From: Amphiscolops sp. MND2022
Taxonomy: Eukaryota
Direction: 5' to 3'
Assembly: GCA_964187785.1 (NCBI GenBank)
Contig: OZ076409.1
Location: 46,688,001 to 46,752,000, forward strand
DNA length: 64,000 nucleotides
The notes beneath the pieces were generated by a model that made no database searches, was not told where the DNA came from, and was given only the letters and a program-made list of their open reading frames with translations. Both the position numbers and the translations under genes were made by a program. Within the stretch, counting starts at the first letter, position 1, and each line of letters begins with the position of its first letter. Of this stretch, positions 50,601-62,600 are shown one piece after another.

Positions 50601-53600
50601 CAATTGCGTAAATATACAAAAAATCTCACTGATTTATACATTGTTGATAACAAACACCTCTACTCAATTTTTTTCTAGGCTTTAAAGTAAAACGTAAAAT
50701 CTATATTCAATTCGTCATAATTGGTTCTCGGGGCAAGGACTCGAAGAGCATGTATGCTCATTCCTTGTCCTTTTTGGATGTTTTAGATTGATACTTATTT
50801 GTATGTATCATTATTTTGTATCTTTTTTGTACGACTTCATCCAAATAAATTAACTTACTTACTTACTTACTTACTAAAAAACACTAATATAAACTAGCTG
50901 AAATTTGAAGAAACTTTTTCTTCTGATGTTTTTCAAAATTCTTAACAGATTTCGTGAAAATCGTGCCTGAAATCGCCCAGGGGACGTTTCCCTTATCACA
51001 GTACTGTATTTTTGCAAATACCTTTACCGCATTCATGTTTTTTTAGCTCGCTGAATAGTTCTGAAACGTTCCCGTAGTTTTAACTAAGGATAAGAAAATA
51101 ATTAGCTCCCTGGCATAAATTTCAAAATTGGAAATCTGAAACTTCTCTTGCTTTTCGATGGTTTTCATTGGTTTAAGCTCTTTGGGGATACGCTCGAGTC
51201 TTCAAAATATTTTTACCGGACAATTTCAGTTTGAAAACATCCCGGTGTTTGTTTGAACTGTTTTTGGAACCGAAGCTCAACACGCTTATGAAGTTTTTAA
51301 ACTATCTCGTTACCTCTTAGGAACTCTTTATAGCTCAATCATGTGCCCCATTTGTTCGGAATATTTTGTTGTCAGAAAAAATGAAAACTATTGCACATGT
51401 TGTTTAAAATTCGGATTAGTACAATTTCTAAAAAAATGCTTCATTTTAGTTACAGAACTGTAATTTTTTTTTAGTTACGGCGCAAACAAATTTGCTTAAG
51501 AAAAAAATTCTCACATCATTTCAAAGTGGAAAAAGCATAGTCTTGTTGAGTTTTGAAATCGCAACCCAAGATAATTTATCACTTTTGCGCCTTTGTTCGC
51601 AAAATAATTGTCTTGGAAGGCCATTCACTGTGGACATGTAACAAAAAAGGCTGAATACTTAGCGGACGGAAAGCGTAGCTGGTATGACAGACATGGTATA
51701 TATTAAGGACGAACGATGGCTCTCAAAACATATGCTCGAAGCCAGTTGAGATCTCTTGCCTACCGCCTCAAAATACCAACCCCTGACGGAAGACACAGCA
51801 GTTCATTCTAATTGAAGGAGGGCCGAATTTTGTTTGGCTAAAAGGTCTTCTTTTTTCCCAATCCTTCTTCATTTCCCAGGAGAGAGAGTGGATTGTTTTG
51901 ACCAAACGCGGATTTACCTTTTGCACATAATTCGCAGCAAAGTTTCATAAGTTGTTATTACTTGGGATTGAAATTAATTAAATTAATTGTGAATTTCATC
52001 TCCGAAAATGAGTTGCGCCACATGCAAATCCAGGAATTTTGTATTATCCGCTTTCTAATTATCCCTCTTCTCCCATTCGCTATGCATACAATTATTACTA
52101 GGCTTACAGTTACCAAGACCATGTGACCAGCTTATCAATTAGACGTGGCGGCATATCAATTCACAACCAAGCTCTCCCTACCGTCATGCAAGGCATTCAG
52201 CAAAACCAAAAAGGGTACCAAATGTCCATAAAAGCCTGTTATAAAAACAAAAATAATCCCTTTTTGTGCTATATAAACGTCAAGAATCAGAAAAGTTTTA
52301 AAGAAGTTCTCGGTTTCTAAATGGTTCGAGTTATGCGTTCGTTATTTCTTTCATAGACGTAACATAACACTGATTTCGCCAGAATAGGAACTAAAGTCTG
52401 GTATATGCAAAACGTATGATCTCCTTTATCTCATATTGTTTCTGATCCAATCATGAGTTGATCAATCCTACAATACGGATTCATAAAATTATGGACCAAA
52501 TCTTGTATTTGAATCGCCCCATTTCACGATTTTTTAGAATACCTGAAAATTCGTGAACCTTGAAAAGCCATCCATATCCTGGGAAATTAAACCCAAAGTG
52601 TCAGATTGGTCATGATCAGTTAGTTGTTATGGATGATTTGCCTTTAGCATTTTGTTCGCTGCTCGAACTGGCTTCGAAACAGTTAATCGCTATTGTTTCG
52701 GGCCCATAATGAGTGTAATATAAACCTGATACTACAAGAACGGTGCCTAATCAAAATTGCATAAATTTTCCTTTTTTTTCAAAAAATAATAATGAATACA
52801 ATATGCAATCGTAAGACAGAAATGAATTAAACAGAATTACCATATCACAAGAGACTGAGAGTTAAATTTTACAACCGCTTTGGTGAAGAAGGTTTGAAAG
52901 GATATACTGCGCTTAAGATTGATTTCTCTTGCAAAAAACTTCGTTCACAGCCATGAAAGTATTTTATTCGAAAGAACTTTACTCGTGAGAAAGATTTAAA
53001 GTTTAACCAAATAAAATTTAGATAAAGCAAAACATTAAAAGAGGTTCACAACACAAAGAAAATGTGTCAATTCTAGGTTTCAACATAAGGTCATTAGGAC
53101 TTCACATTGACGAAATTCGGATTTTATTGAATGATTTTCAGGCAAAGCCCATTACGATACATGAGCCGCATCGAACTAGCAAGATCTTGCTAGTTCGATT
53201 AATAGCCAATAGCAACGCGTTGTAGTTTTAAATACACATTACGTTTCAATACTCATTACACTAATTGAATTATCGTTTCACTGAGTGACTAAAATTCGTG
53301 GTTTGACTCCTTTACACAATATTCAATTACGCACTTTGACTAATTTCCACCGGGCCGGCAATATTGAAACTGAACTGAAACCTGGCTGAGATAAAACGAC
53401 TTCATTGGAGATCAACCCATCGAATTCGAAGCCAAGAAAAAATAAAACTCGCTGATCAGGAAGTTTAGCCTTTTACATGAAAAAAGGAATAAATTACCAT
53501 CGAACACCATAAAATAGTGCAATTGAATGTTCGATCATTAACAATCTGTGCGATGATGGAAATGGCATCATTTTTTCTAGGATATACTGACCCGAAACCA

Positions 53601-56600
53601 TTCGAATCAATATTTCCCCATCGCAATTCGAAGAAATACTTGCTTTCCCGGAAACCTTGAAAGGCGAAACCATTCTTTTTGGAGATTTTAAAATCGATTC
53701 CCTGAAAGTTATACCTGATAAAAAAGATACGAATCTATTTTCAAGTCATTTCGTTTAGAAATTCAAAACACAACATCTATGTGAGTAGACCAAAAACTAA
53801 AAGTTGTCTGGATCACACGAATACTAAAAACCCTTCGAATATTAAAACTATCGAAACAACAACTAGCGATCATTATACAGTACTGCTCCATATTCAAAAT
53901 GAAGTATCTTTTTTGCCAATGCACAAAGTATTTCCTATTATGTCTACACACTTGAGAATATCAAAGAGACCTGAAGCTATGAGCTTTTTTCTGCAGGATA
54001 GACAACTGAAGCAAATACCAAAAGACATTTCTGCCGATGAGCATGTAGTTGCGATAAGGGACAGCAAAAAGGATTGTCTGAATAGGTTTGCACCAGAGAA
54101 GAAACTAACATTGCAGAATAATTCAAATCAGTGGTTACCGAATAAACTAAAGAAAGCTATGAGTAGGCGCAACCACTTGTTCCAAAATTGGATCAACAAT
54201 CCAACTTTTTTCAACAATGAACACTTCTAAAAATACTCAACAAAACAGATAAATTGAACAAACTAGCCCAAAATCCATCGGCGAGACTGACATACAGTTT
54301 GTTATAAAATATCTATAGTCCAAGTTGCAAACGAAACTTCATCGAGCAGCAAGTTTTTCTTATAAAGAAACCATGTATTGTCGTCCCACCGATGACTTTG
54401 AATATGGGTCTACAAATGCAAAATATAAAACCAAGAAATGTTGCGGCAAAGATGGAATCAATAATGAAGATTCTTGAAATTTTAGTTTTGCTTGCCAGTG
54501 AGAGAAAAGCATCTATTGTTAGCTTTTAACAAAATCATAGATGAAGGCATTTTCCCGGTCCCAAGTCCTTCTAGGTAAGTAAAGTGACTCCTTTTTACAA
54601 GAAAAGAAACAAGGACGGCCCGGCAAAACATCAACTGATCAACCTCTCCAGCGTTTTGGGTTTAATTTCTGGAAAACATTATAAACAAACGAAAAGTTTG
54701 GTATCCCACGCACAATATGGGTTCAGGGATAAATTGTCTTGTATTGATGCAATAGCAGCAGTAACAGAGCGCGTGCGTTCTGAGATTAACAAAAAAGCTC
54801 AAGCGAGAGGATGTTCCAACAACCTAGAAAAACTTTCGATAAGTTAGATCTTAAAATACGGATGTCGAAGCTTGGCAGTTGCGGCTTAAGGGGCATGATG
54901 CACCATATTATTACAATGGAACAAATACGCTGTGCCTGAACGCTGAAATTGATGTACCCCAGGGTTCAATCTAAGGACATATTCTGTGTTTGCTTCACAT
55001 AAATGACGTCGACCTGGAGAGAATGATTGCAAATTAGTCATCTTCGAGATGATACTACAATCATCGAAGAGGATCGTGATGGCTGCTGTTCAATTCAACG
55101 AGATATCGATCGATTATCTGAATGATCTCATACAAATAAGTATTAGTAAAGACAAGCATGAAGCAATATCTTTTCGAAGGGTACACCCTGGGAAACTTCG
55201 TATATAGGATGAAATTTAGAGCTATAAAAGTGTATGCAAACATTTAAGTGTTTCTGTAGACAGGTACCTAAAATTCTGTGAATACATCGAGTATATGGTG
55301 GAAAAAACTCAAAAATGTTGTGACGTTAGTTATAGAATACGGCATATGTACACGCAGAAAGGTTCATTGATGTTTTATAACTCATTTGCAAAGTGTAATA
55401 TGTTGCTGTCTCAGAAGGCTTCTGATTTTTGGATTGGCTATAAATCGAACTTTAAAAGATCGAACCTCCTCAACGGAGAAATGTTGTACCAAACTTTTCT
55501 CAAAAGCAATTGACTCTCTGCAAGAGATTTTACAAAATTCCAAAATTCTAACTGTTTTCAAACTCTTCTTTGTAGGGCACGAAAATGAAATTTTTTGGCT
55601 ACGGTAAGATGGTGAATTACAAAATGAATGAAGTGATATGCCTTCTCGAAATGCGTACTGTACCAAATGGCACAAAAATGTCTTCTGGCAACTACGTATA
55701 GTAAAACAACTATCCAATGGAAATCTTTGGTTTGATATCAAAAAAACCTTGAGTTTTTCTTGCTGATAATGAACATCTGCTTTCGCTTCATTTCGAAAAG
55801 TTTTGAACCTCATTTTGAAATCAGTGTAAATTTCCTCACCAATATAGTTATGAAGATTGGCCGACGATTCCTAAGTAATGGATTAGTACATATTTCATTA
55901 TCTCTAATTGCTTCATCTCGGGCGGGGACTAGACAAGTTTTGATTACTCTTTCCCCTCCAGATTGGACATTTATTTCCTCTTAAGCATAAACGGTGTTTT
56001 TCTCCCTTTCGATCAAATAAACTTTTCTTTTTTCATACAAAAATGTTTAGGAGCAGTCTTTCCGAGAAAGTTTGACTGTCCAAAATCTCTGAAAACAAAA
56101 AATATCTTAATAATTTGATAAGGGAATGCAACAGCAACTAAGGACTTTTTTGTTCGAAGTTCATAGAAAGTCGAAGCACTTAGCAATGTCCTACGTAGAT
56201 ACGTAGAATTTGATATCGATTCTCCACAAAACAGGGTCTCTAGTTGTTTCTCGAAACCATGTTCGAAAAAGTTGTTTTGAAAAGCCTAAAAGACTAAGAC
56301 GAAAAAAAAACAAGAGTCGCTATAAAACTGCGATAATTTTTATTCTGCTGACTTGTCTTCAGACAAAAATCAGACACTTTTCAGTCTTAACAGTTCGAAA
56401 AAAAAAGTATCGTAAGCTAAAAGAGTCTCTACAGATCTGAAAACTTGTTCATGTAAAAAATTCTTTTGCCTTTGTGATCACAAGATCCAGTAAAGGTCGG
56501 GGGAAAAGTTAATATTTCCAATAAAGGGCACATTTTAGTGTTTAGAGCTATAACAAAAAAATGGTAATATCAATGTTCAAAATAAAAAGTCGAAGTAGAG

Positions 56601-59600
56601 CCACACAATCTCCGCGACACTCCTGAGAAAATTCGGATACAAGATCTAATAAAAATTAAATAAAACTAATATCACGGATGTGCTATTTGGTCTTCTCTTC
56701 CTTTGGTACAGCGGGTCATTTGCACCCACGTTTTCTTGCTTCCCATTATCAATTGCTCATGGTTTCAGGTTTTTTCCAGCAAAATGAACTTCATTGAATA
56801 TAGTAGTTTAAGGCAGAAACTGTTAAGAAAGAAAGAAAAAGAATCCTGCTGATGATGAAGATTTTCATTTTCTCAAGATATCAAAAAATTACGTTTTTTC
56901 CGATAAGAAGTGTATTAGCATTGTGATAAAAGATTTTTCTACGAGCAAATTTATGAAAAACCAGCAAAACAGTCATCAAAGTCATACATCTTTAGGAAAT
57001 TAGGTATTTATTCATTTTACAAAAAGATTTATTTAAAAATTTTATTTACAAAAACATAAGCGCGTCAGGAAACTCTTCTCATTCAATAAGAAGCCAGGAG
57101 CGGCATAAGTCGGAGCCCGACTAAGGCTCAAAAATTGCTAAAGAACTTCAAAGTGCCAAGTATTCTCTTCCTCAGTGCCCGAAAAACACAAAGGTGGATC
57201 GAACTTAGACCAATAAATTTGCAGAGGAAATTTGGCCTCCAGAATCAAGACGCCGGTAAGCGGTAAAAATCATGAAAAACAACTTCCTGGATATTACTCG
57301 TGAAAAAACTCATCGAAATTAAATGGCACAAAACTGGCTGAATAACATCGTAGATTTCTAATTAGGTGTACACTCATTGAATAATGTGATGACTCATTGT
57401 GATGATCACAGAACAAGAGCAAGCAGACAGTAACTTATCGGAAAAGAGTTTCCTATGATTTTTAATAATTATGGAGTGTTATTATGATAATTCTTACTCC
57501 ATTTATTACTTATTTTTATATATACGCCTCATATATAATGTAGGTAGTAAAATATTTAGGTAGGAAAATCATATTCTGTGTTGCGTTTTTTCCAAATTCT
57601 GCAAAGTCTGCTCCCAGTTTGGCGATCAACCTCACCTACACTTAGAGTTACTTAACTATTCTAGTTACTTGACTACTGTAGTTACTTAGTAGATAGCACA
57701 GTTTGTAGTGCATCTGCCTGGCAGACTGGAGGTCGTGGGTTCGAACCCGGGCTGATGCGTTAAAAATTTAGCGGAAAATATCCCGGTGCTTAGCGGGCGT
57801 CTTGTTCCAAATGAAATGTTTTTTAAAGTAAAAATTACCTGAAATGTCCTTCTTCTTATTCAACTGTGTAATGTTTTAGCGCAATAATGTCACCAAATCA
57901 TCGCCATGCTTATGAACTTCCCGGGTTGACCCTCTTACTAGCATCTTGGCTGTCTTGCCAAATTCTTACTACATCTTGGATTCCATGGCAAGATTTTTAT
58001 TAAGATCTTACTCTAAGATAATACTTATTCCAAGATCGTATCTTATCACGATGGACAAAATTTTAAGATTATAAAAAACACCATACCTTCGGTACAAGCA
58101 GCCGAGACTCAATCTAAACGCTGATTTCACCCAACAACGACTATTCATGATCGTTTTCATAATCAAAATGCTTAAACCTGCTGAAAAAAATTTGCATGCA
58201 AAAATGCGTGAAAAATTACGATAACGTATTCTGGCTTCCGAAATTTTGACGAAATCCCTAATAAGTCCTCACCTGTTTAAGAGTGAGAAATGAAAAGTCA
58301 TTTCAAGGGCTTTCCAAAACTTGTAAATTATCACTCCTGCCGGTTCCAGAGACAGAGAAATATGCTCTCAAACGTCCAGACCCACTATCGGAAAGTTACA
58401 AAGAAAAGACCTCAAAATCCGGAAATTTTTGTAAAAATCATATTTCCAGCTTTCTTTGAGCCTGTTTCAGCAGCCTTATTACTGCTCGAAACGGCGGTCA
58501 TTGCACTAATTTGGGTAATGACTCAGCTGAAGGCTTTTCTGACGCCGTTGTTGGCGACAGTTTTGCAATTGAAAGAACAATTTCACCACCAGCCTTCCTA
58601 AATAAATATCTCTTCAACCAAATTTTATACATTAGAAGTTTTAATGTCCAACAATATAAATCTGCAGAAATGTTGATTTTTGTTGACTTCCGTTCAGATT
58701 GTTTTCTTTCCAAATAGGATTTTACAATAAGAGTTTTCTTGGAAACATGGCTCTCTTGATAAGATCTTACCATGACATCTTGCAATTCTTGCCAATATCT
58801 TGGCAAGATCTTAGCTAAGATTTTTCTAAGATCTTGGCAAGATCTTACCAAGATATCCATGGAGGGTCGACCCGGGTTGTTGTGACTTGCGTTGAGTTAT
58901 TTGGCAGTAGTTAAGGCGAGTTGTTTTCGGGCTATTTATCGTTTAGGAAAGAATTTTTCAGGAACTCTTTATAGCTATTTGTTCATGATTTGTTCCCCCA
59001 GATTCGTAGATATAACGTATAAAAATTTATTAGCATTGTGGATGAAGAACTTTTTATAGAAGAACTTTCTATTCAGTTTCCACTGCTTTTAGGTACAAAA
59101 GCTCAAAAAGTTCCACATCGTAAAAACTCCACATTGAAGACTTTTTTCGGGGAGTGTTACTTATCAGCAAAGATACGGAATACAATAGCTTGAATTTCGA
59201 GCCGTAACAATCTCCCGAAAAAGTCTTCAATGTGGAGTTTTTACGATGTGGAACTTTTTGAACCTTTGTGCCTAAAAACAGCGGAAACTGAATTGCCATT
59301 TTGTCAGAGAACAAGGTTCTGAAGATTCGTTCATGCAATAAAATGGTATTATTTAAACCGAATGTCTAGTACATCCATTCGACATCAATCAGGAATATAA
59401 CACTTATTTCGCATGTGTTTGGACCAAACTCATCAGGACCTTACGGGAGAAACAATATCAAGACTAGGAAAACAAGCCATTGAATTTTACTGCCATTTCA
59501 ATCGCTAATCCACTGCACAAAGTAAAATTCATTTCTGGCAACGTATTTCCAACAAATGAAATTGTGCATTTCGACACGTTAACTGTTGTCTTGTTCATTG

Positions 59601-62600
59601 CAAACCAAGAATTTATTATTTTCCGCCCACATATAATGGGGGAGGAAAACCATGATCTGTGATGCAAATTCTGCCAAATTCTGCCAAATCTCCATGCACC
59701 ATCACTTGACTATTTTGACTACTTGACAATTTTATATAGTTACTTAACTATTTAGTTACTTGACCAATTTCCAATTTTCGTCACAAAATCTCCACACGAG
59801 GTGGCGGGTTCGAACCCGACCTGATGCGTTTTTTCAGCGGAAAATATCCCGGTTCTTAGCGGGCGTCGTTTGCTTCAAATTGTTTTCTGCATTATATTGG
59901 TTTTGTTTTTTTACACTACAAGTGCTGAAAGTATGCAATACGACTATTAGCCCGACTCATTGACGTACAAGATAATCAATACGATACATACCGCAACGAC
60001 CTAAAAAACACAACACCTTATCGCGTGATCCAAACTTATTGAGTAATTTGGCAGAGAAGTGTGATCTACCATATCAAAGTTTGTCTTCAAATCAATGAGC
60101 ACAACCGGACCACAAAGTTTTTGCCAATAGCTGTCGAAAGCATTGATTCAGCTATATGCGCAATCGCAATTGCACACGAATTGTTTTCTCTGAAACCAAA
60201 TTGCTTTGATGTAAAACTATTATGCTAATTCAAAACCTTGTGGTCCATTTGAGTATGAGTTTCTCAAAAACTTTATTGGACGATAGTTATCAGGCATCAT
60301 GCTATGTACCTCCTTGGATAATGGTAGAATTAAAGCAGTTTTCATAGACTTTGGGAAATTTGATTGACATATGCAAATGCTGTTTATTCAGGGAGGCACT
60401 GATTAAATTGTTCTATCAACTGGAAAACCGTCGCCAACAACGGCGGCAGAAAAGACTCGCGCTGAATCATTACCCAAACCGGTATAATGATCACCACTTC
60501 CAGCAGTAATACGGCTGCTGAAATAGGCTCAAAGAAAGACGGAGATATGAATTTACAAAAAATTTGCGGATTTGTTAGTGTTCCCTGTGTAACGTCCCGA
60601 CAGTGGTTCTGGACGTTTGCGAGCGTTTTTCTTTGTCTGTAGAATCGACAGGAGTGATAAGGTACAAGTTTTGAAAAGCCCTTGAAATGAGTTTTCATTT
60701 GCTTACATTCGCATTTCCCAGTCTTAAACAGGTGAGTAGTTACTAGGATTCTCGTCAGAATTTCGGAAGCCAGAATACGTTATCGTAATTTTTTTGCACA
60801 TTTTTGCATGCAAATTTGTTTCAACAGGTTGAAGCAATTTGATTATGAAAACGAGTAAAAATAGTTGTCTTTGGGTGAAATGAGCCTTTATATTGAGTCT
60901 CGGCTGCTCGTACCGAAGGTATAGTGTTTTTATAATCTTAGAATTTTGTTAATCGTGATAAGATGCGATCTAGGAATAATGTATTATTTTAGTAAGATCT
61001 TAATAGGAATCTTGCCATGGGTTCCATGGTCGCCAAGATGTAGTAAGAATTCGGCAAGATCTTGTCAAGACAGCCAAGATGCTAGTAAGGGGGTGAACCC
61101 GGGGAGGTCAAATTTTCACCGTATTTGTTTCTGTTGACTCTTTTTATTATGATTCTATACGAGATGAGAACAGACAAATTAAAACAACTAGTGTGTGAAA
61201 CCCCGGTGCATGTCAAAAAGTGAAATTTGCTTGTGAACGGTTTAATATTAAAAGATGTGTCCCGTTTTTCAGAGGTTTTTGGGTGCAAAGAGTGTTTGAT
61301 GATCATTTTTTATAGTAAGTGAGAACAAATCTTCATTTTCTAACTTTTTTGGTTCCCCTACATTCCCTTACATCAAAACTTTTGTGTGATGAAGAATATG
61401 GGAAAGCCAATTTCAATTGGGCGTAAAGAAAAGTTATTTATTACAGCAATTTCCAAAAATATCTCCGAATAATTCTTCCATTTTCTGTTTGAACAATAAA
61501 CTGATTTATAATCTTTTTATTTTTGAGCAACAATGAGCGAATTACCTATGCAAAATTAGAAATAACGTTATTCGAAAAACAAAAGTATTGTGTGTTCTAT
61601 TCTACTAAACTAGCAACTAAGAGAAAAGAATAGGATTAAAATGATATCTCTAGTTAATACGACCATACTGTAGATACTGTAAAGTATATAGTGTATCATC
61701 TAATAAAATGTCAATTTTTACTTTCTTGATAAACAACTCCTGGTTTCTGGACAGTTTGTGAACCGAAACTCGGCGGAGGTCAGGAACCGGAATTCAGTAG
61801 AAATAATAATCGGCTGGGGTGTGGAACCGTACGGGTTGAATTGAAATTACGGTTTACGGGTTATCGTCTACGGTTTACGGTTTCAGGGTACGGTTTGAAA
61901 AACACTTTTGCTTCAGAAGTATTTAAATTTCTTCATCAAAAAATTTTGCTATGGTGGTATCAAAGCACTCATGTTTCTTGCCCCAAAATAGCATTTGAGG
62001 GAACGCCTTCTGCAAATTATAGCGTAAAAAATATTTTGAACGAATTCGACTTTTAAAGACGTTCTTATTTGAGAATGAACAATTGAATTCGCTCCAAACT
62101 TTTCATAGAAACACTGCTGTTAAATGTATAAAACAATTCGCTCGCATTTCTCAAAAGTCTACGGTTCGCTTTTTTCACAACTACGGTTTACGGGTTACGG
62201 TTTGGCGCTACGGGTTTCGGTCCACGGTCTAAAAATCCCACACCCCAGATAATCGGTAAAACATATTGTGCCAAAAATATATAAGATGGCCTTCCATGCT
62301 CGCAAAACGCTTTGTTTCTGCTAAAAATCAAGAGGAGGCACTTTGGTTTACAGAGTTCAGAAAAAGGTCGCATAGTGTCAAAAAACCTCTGCATTTGCAA
62401 GCATAAAAGTTTTTGGTTTAGTGCGAAACTCTGCCTCTTGTGCTTCTCAGGCCTCAGAAAATCCGGGTTACCCTCTCGGCCAAGTGATAGTTAGAAATTA
62501 CTGAAGTATCTATTTTTAATTATATCAGTCACTTCACGTCTTTTAAAGAAGGCTTCTGCTATAGTTGGCTTTTACTTCGTAAGCGCAGACTTAAAAACCA

